Assembly: GCA_964016885.1 (NCBI GenBank)
Contig: OZ024740.1
Span: 278,690,001 to 278,754,000 of the forward strand
Direction of reading: 5' to 3'
Origin: Eledone cirrhosa
Lineage: Eukaryota
Length of the DNA stretch: 64,000 nt
Under the pieces are notes generated by a model, which was not told where the DNA came from, ran no database searches, and was given only the letters and a program-made list of their open reading frames with translations. A program made the position numbers and the translations under genes. Shown here one piece after another: positions 1-11,884 of the stretch. Numbering within the stretch: the first letter of the stretch is position 1; every line of letters starts with the position of its first letter.

Positions 1-2107
1 CTACTAAACGCCAATTAAGGCTATATGGTATATTAGCCCCCTTAAGATCCCAGATATAGTGTGCTAAAGAAGTAGAATTCTTAAACTTAACATGTTTGAA
101 ATTAGAGATATGAGAATTAAACCTAGTCTTAAAAGTGTTAGATGTAGAGCCTATATAAGTTCTATTAGAGGAATTAGTTATAACTACGCAAGCATAAACG
201 ATGTTCTTAGAGAGGCAGTTACCGTTTAAAGGGCAGTTAGCACTCACTCTACAGTTACACTTCCGGGTGCTATTGATTGGCTGAAGTAGTGATGCATTAC
301 ACGTAGGATTACTATTAGATAAGGTCTGCTCTGGTGGTAAGGCATTTGCAGATCTGTTCGGACTAGTAGTATGTAGAGAGGAGTATCCATCCCTAATTTT
401 CCTATTGTTAGTGCTAGCTAAATGAAAACTAATATTAGGGGTGGTAGAGAATGAAAGTTTAATAACATTTTTATTAAAAATACTATGGTATTTATGAGAA
501 GGGGGGAAATTTTTCTCTAAGATAGAAAAGAAAGACCTAGGGATATTAGTTAATACTTCCTGATTATATGGCGGGTTAAAATAAGTATTTAGTCTCCTTC
601 TATTGTTATCCTTTCCGACTCTACCATTATCTAATATCCCATTATTAAGGCTAGGGTTATTACAAGGATTAGTTAAAACCGCATTATTAGAATCAGACGA
701 AATTCCATTAAGTCTCTTTCCGTTTCTACCTCTAGTAGATCCGCTGCTGTCTGGAATCCTATCAAAAGGATTAGGGCCAATAATAGGATCAGTAGAAACA
801 ACATTATTAGAATTAGATCTAGCAAAAGCATCACCAATGAGTGAGCGCTCAGAGGGTTCGACTTGATTCCTAGAGGTATTATATTCCCTATTACGAGTCC
901 GGTGGGTTAATTTATGGATGGGTTCAGATACACCTATGTAATTTCTACGATTATTATGCTTCCTACTCCCATGCATGGCCATGTTATGGGACATTATGTT
1001 ATTATTATTATAAGTAAGCGGAGACTTTCTAAGGTTACTATTATTATAATGTATTTTACTAGAGTAACCAGAATTAGCTAGGGCATTATTATAGTACTCC
1101 GCATGTTCATTAAATGTTCCTACGTCCTTAGAGAGTGTGGAAATCCTATTAGATACACCCTTAATTATAGAGTTTATCATAGATTTGGGGTGGTTAGAAT
1201 TGGGACTAACATAAGAAAGTATTTCATTAGGCTTATGGAAGGGTTTAAAACTATTAGTGACCAAGTCCAAAGTCACATCTAAAAAGTTGACCGCTCTATC
1301 GTTTCTATCTATCGTGATCGAAAGGTTATAGCTTTTAAAAAACTTATAAAGCTTCTTCTTATTATGCTCGACATTGTTGGTGCTAGAGTTAATCACAAAC
1401 AATGCATCATCACGATATAGTCCGCCTTTAAGGTGCGGAAAGGTAACATATAGTTCATTTAAGAGGAACAACCCAGTTACCTGTGCCGAATCACTCGAAC
1501 CCATTGTAACGTCGAAATTGTTGGGCGTGTTTTTACGGGTCCAAAATGTGTCCTCAAAATTAATGATAGTTCTACGGGCTGCTAGTATAATATCTACCTG
1601 TGATCGTGTAAGGCTGGACACTCTCATGGCCAACATTAAGGCTTTATTGAGGAGGATGGGTGAAATCGATGTGTAGTAGGCATCAATATCGAACTGGATA
1701 AACTTATTAGATTCAAGTTTATTAATCCCAGAGAACCAATCTATAACTTCCTTAGTGTTCCCTCATAGGTTAAAATTAACTTTATCCCTAATAATAAGGT
1801 CGAGGATTTTTTTACTGATTATGGCTATATCAGACTTAGAAGGACAGATGAGTCTAACAGAGGGGTTACTAATGAAGTCTACCTTATGATCCTTAAGAGT
1901 GAATCTCGGTTCTCTAGGGTAATATGGCTGGGTATACTTATCAAGGCCGAGGTCCGAGACTATTTTAAGACCCTCACTATTGATATGGTTCAAATTATCT
2001 AGCGTAGTCTTTTTATAATTTCGATGCAGCTCCTTATAAATAAAGTCACGGTAAGCACTGTAATCCATAGTGTATAGATTCTTAGTCTTATCCGCCGGGA
2101 CAAGAAT
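1..2107 (-). mobile_element. 5'-truncated Penelope-like retroelement (Naiad-type) ORF: reverse transcriptase + GIY-YIG endonuclease; one in-frame TGA at 1763-1765, otherwise open to the window edge
   Basis: Manual minus-strand translation: [103 protein letters not shown] zinc finger, NIVYAC..RTYIGST..FKTRFNSH. The 5' end abuts a (TA)n tract. Confidence 0.93.
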
Positions 2108-2117
2108 ATATATATAT

Positions 2118-2182
<65 letters not shown>

Positions 2183-2344
2183 ATATGTATATGTATATGT
2201 GTGCGTATGTGTATGTGTGTGTGTGTATATATATATATATTTGTGTATGTATATGTGTATGTGGGTATATATATATATGTGTGTATGTATGTGTTTATGT
2301 ATGGATATTTATCTATATGTGTACATGTATCTATATATGTATAT

Positions 2345-2982
2345 GTCAGGTCACCAGTTGGTGCTACTGGTAACATGTATCCCAGTACAACCTGTCTCAT
2401 GGTCGGGTCGTTGGCGACTAAACTGGCAACCCCACCAAGGTTTCTTGGTGAGGAGGGTGACTTTGGACATCCTGCAGGACTAAAAACAAAACCTGTCAAA
2501 GGGCAAAGGAGCTCTTAAGAGTCAATGGCCATCCAAAATCACCGGGAGAGATGACCCCTTTAGCCTTAGTCAAGGCAGAATTCTAGGAGAAGGAAAACTC
2601 TGATATAACACCTGCAACCCTGATGGTATCCAATGATGTTGACTTGTTCTTCTTTTTGGTAAATAGCATCTTGGTTAAGAGAGTGGGACTGGCTTTGTGC
2701 AGTGCCTTTGCTCACTATAAAAGCTTCACGGCACAGGCATTGCTTTATATCTGGAGATCTCTCTGCACTTGTCCTCACATGGGCCCAGCACTATGTGTCA
2801 ATAATTGTCCTACCATGGGCCTAGCACTATGTGTCAATGATTGTCACAGGTGTAGTGTTTGTACCAGAGGTTTCAAGTCGCTGGCTGGACTAAAAAGTCA
2901 CACTCGTTCAGCGCTTCGGTAGGGGTTATCCTACATGGATGTAAAGTAGTGGCCGTACTCGAAAACGAGTTGGCAGCCACCA
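2345..2982 (+). mobile_element. Internally deleted non-autonomous RTE-like LINE derivative
   Basis: 5' ~190 bp matches 48510-48700 in reverse orientation; 3' part has a C2H2-like remnant ([19 protein letters not shown]) and ends in a hairpin (actcgaaaacgagt-tggcagcca) similar to 48165-48200. Confidence 0.5.
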
Positions 2983-3043
2983 TATATATATATATATATG
3001 TATATATATGTGTATATATATGTATATGTATATATATATATGT

Positions 3044-3077
<34 letters not shown>

Positions 3078-3149
3078 ATGTATATGTGTATATATGTATA
3101 TATGTGTATATATCTATATGTGTGTATATGTGTGTATGTATGTATATAG

Positions 3150-3210
<61 letters not shown>

Positions 3211-3212
<2 letters not shown>

Positions 3213-3411
3213 AAAGAGTGGGACCCCGACGGCTGAGCTCAAGCCTTTTCGACGGCTAATTCTGGACTAAAATTTTAGTCCAAAATTAGACATCGAAACG
3301 GCTTGAGCTCAGCCGTCGGGGTCCCACTCGTTCCTATTACCCACTCTACTACCCTGTATCGAGTACTTTGGTGCGTTATGGTTCACCTGGTTCCTTACCA
3401 CATTTCCTTCG

Positions 3412-3414
<3 letters not shown>
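3211..3414 (+). mobile_element. Fold-back PLE pLTR-like element, family A (HHR 3' half)
   Basis: Inverted arms around ~3271 and gaaacggcttgagctcagccgtcggggtc (GAAA, stem III, GUC). Related copies at 4618-4820, 7498-7675, 11625-11762, 18070-18200, 21441-21567, 22318-22523, 49609-49735, all next to (TA)n. Confidence 0.75.
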
Positions 3415-3467
<53 letters not shown>

Positions 3468-3500
3468 ATATTTATATATATGTGTGTGTATGTGTGTATG

Positions 3501-3537
<37 letters not shown>

Positions 3538-3605
3538 CGTATGTATATATATATATGTATATGTATGTGTATATATATATATATATGTATATGTATGTAT
3601 GTATG

Positions 3606-3636
<31 letters not shown>

Positions 3637-3701
3637 GTGTATATGTATATATATATATGTATATGTATGTATATATATGTGTATATAAGGATATGTATAT
3701 G

Positions 3702-3736
<35 letters not shown>

Positions 3737-3801
3737 GTGTATATGTATATATATATATGTATATGTATGTGTATATATGTGTATATAAGGATATGTATAT
3801 G

Positions 3802-3832
<31 letters not shown>

Positions 3833-3873
3833 ATATGTATATATATATGTGTATATATATATTTGTATGTATG

Positions 3874-3938
<65 letters not shown>

Positions 3939-4094
3939 GTGTGTATGTGTATATATATATATATGTATGTGTATATATATATATATATGTGTGTATGTAT
4001 ATATATATATATATATATATATTTATGAGTATATGTATATATGTATGTATATGTGTGTGTATGTGTATATGTGTATGTTTTGTGTATATATGTG

Positions 4095-4137
<43 letters not shown>

Positions 4138-4182
4138 TAATTCAAAATATTAACAAAATAGATATTCTTGTGATCAATTATA

Positions 4183-4250
4183 TTTTATTTTACATATTTC
4201 AGAGGTACTGAGTTAAGCTCAACAGTACGTGCTCGTCAGATAAAATAAAA
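4183..4250 (-). ncRNA. Putative type I hammerhead ribozyme
   Basis: Minus strand: ttttattttat-CTGACGA-stem II (gtactg..cagtac)-GAAA-tatg-TA-aaataaaa. Confidence 0.55.
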
Positions 4251-4346
4251 TGATACATAACATACCATGACATAGTAGATGGTTAAGATTCAATCAAGGT
4301 AATATTTTCTTTATATGTATGTATATATATATGTATATATATATAC

Positions 4347-4392
<46 letters not shown>

Positions 4393-4405
4393 GTGTGTAT
4401 ATATA

Positions 4406-4495
<90 letters not shown>

Positions 4496-4538
4496 CTTAT
4501 ATATGTATATATATATATGTATATATATATATATAATG

Positions 4539-4592
<54 letters not shown>

Positions 4593-4836
4593 TGTATGTA
4601 TATATATATGTATATATAACGAAGGAAATGTGGTAAGGAACCAGGTGGACCATAACGCACCAAAGTACTCAATACTTAGGGTAGTATAGTGGGTAATAGG
4701 AACAAGTAAGACCCCGACGGCTGAGCTCAAGCCGTTTCGACGGCTAATTCTGGACTCTGAGTTCAGAATTAGCCGTCGAAACGGCTTGAGCTCAGCCGTC
4801 GGGGTCTTACTTGTTCCTATATGTATATGTATATAC

Positions 4837-4917
<81 letters not shown>

Positions 4918-4922
<5 letters not shown>

Positions 4923-5245
4923 ATAATAATAAATTTGAAGACTAAAATCCAAAGAGGGCTCGATAAGGATAAATATATATCAAATATATAAGAACCGTAG
5001 AGTAAATATTTATTAAAATAACAGATTAAAGTTTAAGCAAAGAATCGCTGTTTAACGGGATCTTCTGAAACTAACAAAGTCAATCTGTGAACGCAGAAGT
5101 GAATATTTCAAAAAACGTTGCAACCGGAGGAAGACAGGAAGACGATACTTTGGTTCGTGGAAACGTTCCCTGGCAAAGAAGATCCCGTTAAGGGTGAAAG
5201 CAGCGATTCTTTGCTTAAACTTTAATCTGTTATTTTAATAAATAT
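4918..5245. mobile_element. TA-embedded fold-back element (family with long terminal inverted arms)
   Basis: 5003-5062 is inverted at 5176-5245; fragments recur at 7692-7821, 9286-9350 and 11778-11835. Confidence 0.6.
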
Positions 5246-5365
5246 ATATATATATATATACGATATTAAACAAATGGAAACTATATTTATAAAACCATAT
5301 TTATTTCATTATACATATTTCAGGGATACCATACAGGGATACCCAACAATTTTAAATAAAACTTT

Positions 5366-5442
<77 letters not shown>

Positions 5443-5463
5443 ATATATATATATAGATATAGA

Positions 5464-5515
<52 letters not shown>

Positions 5516-5734
5516 GTATATATATATGTATATATATATATATGTATATATATATATGTATGTATATGTGTATATATATGTATATATGTATATATGTATA
5601 TACATATATATATGTATATACATATATATATACATATATATATGTATGTATATATATGTATATATATATGTATATATACATATATATATACATATATATA
5701 TGTATATATATGTATATATATGTATATATATATG

Positions 5735-5793
<59 letters not shown>

Positions 5794-5825
5794 TTATATA
5801 TACACATATGTATATCTATATATAC

Positions 5826-5922
<97 letters not shown>

Positions 5923-5930
5923 TATGTATG

Positions 5931-6027
<97 letters not shown>

Positions 6028-6473
6028 ATATATATATGTATGTATATATATGTATATATATATATATATATATACAGTTGAATATATATCATATAATCAT
6101 ACCGTTTATAAACCACATTGGGAAGGAGCATGACGTAACATTGAAATACTGTATGAAAATGTCATCCTCGGTGTATCAAGACAATAAGACGGGCCTATAT
6201 CGATGCTAGAAATATCAGCAAAAAACCGTCAAAATCAGCCTAATACAATGAAGGAGCCGTCATTATTAATATATAACTCTACAAAGTTAACTGTCTCTAA
6301 TACAGTTTATTTCATATACATATGTATATACAGTTATATACAGATTATTCTACATATGCATATAAATACGGATTCGCCTCCTGGTGATACAACTTGGTTT
6401 GGGTATTATATAAGTTAAAATTGACCTTTCAGTTATTTTGACTTATATCCAACCCAAGTGATATTTGGGCTTA

Positions 6474-6506
<33 letters not shown>

Positions 6507-6530
6507 ATGTATAAAAATCAATACAATATA

Positions 6531-6608
6531 ATTACCTCATTACCAGAGGTTTCCCGAATGAGGCGAATACGAAAGAAACGTCTTCATTCGTTCGTCAGAC
6601 GAGGCAAT
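6531..6608 (-). ncRNA. Type I hammerhead ribozyme in PLE 3' end/pLTR (family B)
   Basis: Minus strand: attgcctcgt-CTGACGA-acgaatga..tcattcgg-GAAA-cc tct gg-TA-atgaggtaat; 10-bp stem I with wobbles. Homologous to 19332-19407 and 49826-49901. Confidence 0.85.
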
Positions 6609-6819
6609 ATAAAACATGGCTAAATACTTGGAAAGTCTCATCAAGAAAAGCAAAAAAATATAGACAAATGAATTACAATATGAAATATATAAAAAACTTT
6701 CAAGAAATATAGTTAGGTGTGTGTATATGTATGTATATACGCTCACAGATGTGCATATATGTGTATGTACAAATGTATACGTATAGTGAAAAAGTGTGCG
6801 TAAATATATATTTTAGGGT

Positions 6820-7065
6820 GAGTTGAGATGGAGGGTCTGTGGTTTTTCTCACATCTGAGATGTGAGAAAAACCACAGACCCTCCATCTCAACTGACCTTT
6901 TGAAAAGCAGAAGAACTGCGAAACCGGTAAAGGAACCAAATAAATATATATATATATATTTTTTAATAAGACTCCAGTTGCATTTTCGATTTCATCTCTT
7001 TTTCTTTATACTTTCACTCGTGTAGGACACCTCGGTTATTTTTCATTTTGTAAAAAAAACCTCAC

Positions 7066-7071
<6 letters not shown>
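6820..7071 (+). mobile_element. Fold-back element family C with variant HHR at 6896-6933 (U3-A8 core)
   Basis: Palindrome centred ~6857; cctt-TTGAAAA-gcag aagaa ctgc-GAAA-ccgg-TA-aagg. Second copy at 18460-18790. Confidence 0.7.
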
Positions 7072-7140
<69 letters not shown>

Positions 7141-7150
<10 letters not shown>

Positions 7151-7375
7151 GAAGCTTTCACCGTATTTTTTTACTAAAGAAATTTTAGCCTGATAATGGG
7201 GTTTAGAACCCTCAGAGAAATGGGAAAAGATGAGTATTGACGTACATGTATGTCAATACTCATCTTTTTCCATTTCTCTGAGGGTTCTAAGCCCCACTAT
7301 CAGGTTAAAATTTCTTTAGTCAAAAAGTACGATGAAAGCTTCTATTTTCTAATTTCAAAACATACTTACTTATGT
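7141..7375. mobile_element. Fold-back copy of a tRNA-headed TA-embedded element (truncated)
   Basis: Palindrome centred on gtacatgta (~7247); homologous to 11346-11549 and 52175-52562. Confidence 0.7.
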
Positions 7376-7452
7376 ATATATATATATATATAAGTTATTC
7401 CGGGTTGAATCGGAGGTAACCACAGTAAGTAAGGTACTCAATACATAGCATA

Positions 7453-7499
<47 letters not shown>

Positions 7500-7814
7500 A
7501 TAAAATTAAACCCCGACGGTAGAACTCAAGCCGTTTCGTCCAGAAATAGCTGTCGAAACGGCTTGAGCTCTGCAGTCGGGGTTTAACATTTTCCTATTAC
7601 CCACTCTACTACCCCAAGTATTGAGTACTCTGGTGCATTATGGTCCATCTGGTTCCTTACCACACTTCCTTCGTTATATATATATATATAAATTAACAGA
7701 TTAAACTTTAATCTGTTATTTTAATAAATATTTGCTCTACGGTTCTTATATATTTGATATATATTTATCCTTATCGAGCCCTCTTTGGATTTTAGTCTTC
7801 AAATTTATTATTAT

Positions 7815-7854
<40 letters not shown>

Positions 7855-8476
7855 ATACTTGGGGAAGGTCATATTGTTGTAATATTGTTGCCAGAAATAA
7901 TAACAGAACACACTCACTGTTTGGTTGGTTTTCGCTTCTGTATCTTTTAAATCTCCATAGTTAATTTATTTGGCAATCAAATTTGGCATGAGGGCATGCG
8001 AATGAAAGCATGCATATCCTCGAACAGACGTGTGTAGTGTATGTATTTACTATAATACCTACGCAATAAAGACACTTTCATAACCCAATCCAATCACCAT
8101 ACCACTAAAACCTGGTTATCATTTACACAGTCATCAGTACACACATCTATCATTCCCACCATATTAAAAATTCATCTTTTCCAATATCTCTACAATCTCT
8201 CAGCTCCAGCCAATTATCAATTCTATCTCTTACACCAACTATTACTATGCACCCGTTTCTTATAACTATTGATTGAAAGTTCACAAAATATTCATTTGAT
8301 CTGAAGCAGACGAAACCATTAGTAACTGGTTTAAATTGATCATTCCAATTTCTGATATGAATATTACTATAATACGTTATGTGGGCTTATATGTCCTATC
8401 ATTAGACTATTTTCTGTAGTCAAAATCGGCATAAGCTCTAATTCTCAAATATATATATATACATGTGTGTGTATAT

Positions 8477-8528
<52 letters not shown>

Positions 8529-8864
8529 ATATATATGTGTGTGTGTGTGTGTGTGCGTGCGTGTGTGTGTGTGCGTGTGTTACATCAACAATATATAATG
8601 TAATAAAACATTTTATATAACAAAACTCGTCCTCCGGATTGAGTACTCTACCTGCCAAGATATATATTACGATATTCGACTACATTATAAATGTATATAT
8701 ATATATATATATATATATAGTATATTTATGGTGATATCGGGGTTTTCTAATACATATATATATATATGTATATATTGTGTTCGGAAGAGATTGTTTTGGT
8801 AAAAACCGGAGCAAGCAGGAGAAAGCTCTCAACAATCGTTGTTTTAGTTACGATGGAGAATTTT

Positions 8865-9241
8865 ATAAAAATAATAAAATAAGATGCTGAGGTTACATAT
8901 GTCGTTTAATCATAATAATTATTTCTACGGTTCTCCATGCAACCGAGAAGTCCTTAATGCATTCGGTGTTGATTATGAGAACGGTATCCTCAGATGAAAA
9001 TCGATATATTTGATATGTCGCTGGCAGGAAAACACACATCCTAATGCCAATGCACGCAGCATATATAGCATATGTATGCTGGGCGCATTGGCATTAGGTT
9101 GTGTGTTTTCCTGCCAGCGACATATCAAATATATCGATTTTCATCAACACCGAATGCATGAAGGACATCTCGATTGCATGGAAAACCGTAGAAATAATTA
9201 TTATGATTAAACGATATATGTAACCTCAGCATCTTATTATA

Positions 9242-9250
<9 letters not shown>
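8865..9250. mobile_element. Fold-back element with HHR on minus strand at 8910-8997; catalytic core deleted in the right arm
   Basis: Palindrome centred ~9068; minus strand tcat-CTGAGGA-stem II (gttctc..gagaac)-GAAA-taatta-TT-atga with palindromic stem III. Confidence 0.7.
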
Positions 9251-9283
<33 letters not shown>

Positions 9284-9361
9284 ATAAGATCCCGTTAAGG
9301 GTGAAAGCAGCGATTCTTTGCTTAAACTTTAATCTGTTATTTTAATAAATATATATATATA

Positions 9362-9745
9362 TATTGGTAAACGGAATAGAAAATGGTGACAAATTGTTCA
9401 CAGTTGAAAAATGGTTTAATTAGGAATAAAAGAGTATTAGTGATTGTATGGGTTAGTATTCAGTTGTGGTTTTAAGTTTTTAAGTTTTTACCGGTTGCGC
9501 ATTTCTAAATGCTTTTCAAAAATAATGTTGAGATAGAGTGTCCGGACACTTTTGAAAAGCATTTAGAAATGCGCAACCGGTAAAAACTTAAAAACTTAAA
9601 ACCACAACTGAATACTAACCCATACAATCACTAATACTCTTTTATTCCTAATTAAACCATTTTTCAACTGTGAACAATTTGTCACCATTTTCTATTCCGT
9701 TTACCAATATATAATAACTTGTGTGTTACACCTCTATTCTTTTAA

Positions 9746-9748
<3 letters not shown>
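9362..9748. mobile_element. Fold-back element with variant HHR-like motif in both arms (9549-9586 on +)
   Basis: ~155-bp inverted arms; TTGAAAA-gcattt ag aaatgc-GCAA-ccgg-TA. Confidence 0.6.
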
Positions 9749-9843
<95 letters not shown>

Positions 9844-10379
9844 ATAAGAATTCATGAATGAGAAAATAAAATCGAAACTTTACAGTTAAACAAAACAATT
9901 ACTACACGTTCATGGTCGTTTACAAATATCTGTTGAAGTTTAAATCTGCTGTTTGTTTGCATTTTATATGTATTTATCTGCTTTCAAGTGGCTTTCAGGG
10001 AACTTGAACTAATATTTTCTGCAACTTTTGATGTTATTTTTGCTGTTGAAATACATTGTCGTTGTTGTTGTTATATGTGTTATCTTATTGTTATAATTAT
10101 GATTTATTATTAACTAATTAATTAATTAAATGATTAATTAATCATGGGGCTATTTGTTGTTATTATTGCTTGGTATCTTCTTAATTCATTTTCGTTATTC
10201 CTTACGTTATGTATCTGTTAACTCTATAATGGTAAGTAGAATTCTAAAAGCCGCGTCGTATTGTTGTATTGTCGGATAAAAATGCATCGTGCATAAGTTA
10301 CTTAAAGTCATCAACATTCCTACATCACACGAGTTATATTAAGTGAGGTATTAATTCTCTATACTAGATCACTGCTTAA

Positions 10380-10458
<79 letters not shown>

Positions 10459-10461
<3 letters not shown>

Positions 10462-11073
10462 GTTGTAGTTCCTGTCTGTTTGTTTGTTGACGAACTCCTC
10501 CTATGGTTTTGGAGATAGACCCCTATAACCATATATATTCTGAAACTGGGTACTTGGATAAGTATATTTCATTTTAATCAAAGGGTTTCCGGAGGCACAA
10601 AACCCCGCTGAAAATGTTTTCGCTTCAATTTATATGAAATTTAAACCATAGGTACAAGATATGATGCCTATTCACAAAATTTCAACAAATTTCAATAATA
10701 TTAAGATACCCTTATGGGGGTTTAACCCCCTATAGGGAAAATTTTGGAATCCCATAACGTGAGTATTGGAACCTCTATTATCACTGAGTTTTTCTATTAA
10801 TTAAATGTAAATCAACAAAAAAATGAAATGATCAAGTTTTGAATTGATATTTTGAAAAAAATTAACAAGAAAAAAAATAAGAATAAAATTTAATAATGTA
10901 ATTTTGATTTGATATATTACAAAAATTAATGTTTTCCAATTTTACATTTTAGATTGAGTAATATTGAAATGGAGAGTTTTTCTCCATAAATTATATCACT
11001 GATTTAAAATCAATCATCACTTTCTTACAAAAAAATGTGTGAAACGCAGCAAGGCGCGAGTAATTCAGTTAGT
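10459..11073 (+). mobile_element. Possible non-autonomous Helitron-like element
   Basis: Starts with ctgtctgtttgttt near the 5' end and ends ..cgcagcaaggcgcgagtaattcagttagt (GC hairpin plus CTAG-like end) in TA context; pattern recall only. Confidence 0.4.
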
Positions 11074-11345
11074 ATATATATATAAGATCGGGGGCCATAT
11101 TCAGTGGATTCAGGTTTATTTAAAACTCCGTTATATATATTTCACTGAGGACTATCAATTATGATAGCCTGTGCCTTTCAGACGGCAAAACCTAAAATAA
11201 ACATTGAAAGTTCCTAAAAAAACCTTTAAATTTGGAAAAATCTAATTTCCCCGGAAAAAAGATTTTCTTTTCATGATACAGGGGGCCAGCCGAACACGTG
11301 GTGTTGTTTCTTCGACAGCCGGCCCCTGTATATATATATATATAT

Positions 11346-11545
11346 CAAGTAAGTATGTTTTGAAACAGTGAGCAGGTTTGAAATTAGAAAATAGAATAGC
11401 TTTCACCGTATTTTTGACTAAAGAAATTTTAGTCTGATAATGGGGTTTAGAACCCTCAGATAAATGGAAAAAGATGAGTATTGACGTACATGTACGTCAA
11501 TACTCATCTTTTTCCATTTATCTGAGGGTTCTAAACCCCATTATC

Positions 11546-11549
<4 letters not shown>
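11346..11549. mobile_element. Fold-back copy of the tRNA-headed element
   Basis: Perfect centre tgacgtacatgtacgtca (11481-11498); same family as 7141 and 52175. Confidence 0.7.
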
Positions 11550-11630
<81 letters not shown>

Positions 11631-11884
11631 AAGGAATTGTGGTAAGGAACCAGATGGACCATAACACACCAGAGTACTCAATACTTCGGGTAGTAGGAAA
11701 TAGGAAAAAGTATGACCCGACGGCAGAGCTCAAGCCGTTTCGAGGACTATTTCTGGACTCCATATATATTATAAGTACAGATTAAAGTTTAAGCAAACAA
11801 TCGCTGATTTCCCCCTTTACGGGATCTTCTGAAATTGAGAAGAGAAACAGAAAAATCTATCTGCAACCACAGATTGATTTTTCT

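Larger units (their letters stand above)
2108..6073. repeat. Long degenerate (TA)n/(TATG)n microsatellite region interrupted by short inserted elements
   Basis: Directly visible; source of the poly-YI pseudo-ORFs. Confidence 0.95.

Noticed and set aside
1763-1765. In-frame TGA in the Penelope ORF as selenocysteine (some Naiad PLEs are reported to encode selenoproteins)
   Set aside because: The position aligns with Trp (TGG at 15456-15458, NQW) in the paralogous fragment, not Cys, so a TGG>TGA nonsense change is simpler. A SECIS could not be checked because the 3' UTR is outside the window.
5125-5175. Possible HHR in the 4918-5245 element (caggaaga..ggaaacgtt)
   Set aside because: Core and stems are too degenerate to support.
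2185-6209. Many YI/CV/TH-rich ORFs (also 22411-22799, 28332-29482, 52745-53597)
   Set aside because: Translations of (TA)n/(TG)n microsatellites that lack stop codons in some frames; not genes.
11127-11186. HHR-like fold on minus strand (ccgt-CTGAAAG..GAAA-tatata-TA-acgg)
   Set aside because: Core positions 8-9 are non-canonical and there is only one copy; probably a decayed HHR, not called.
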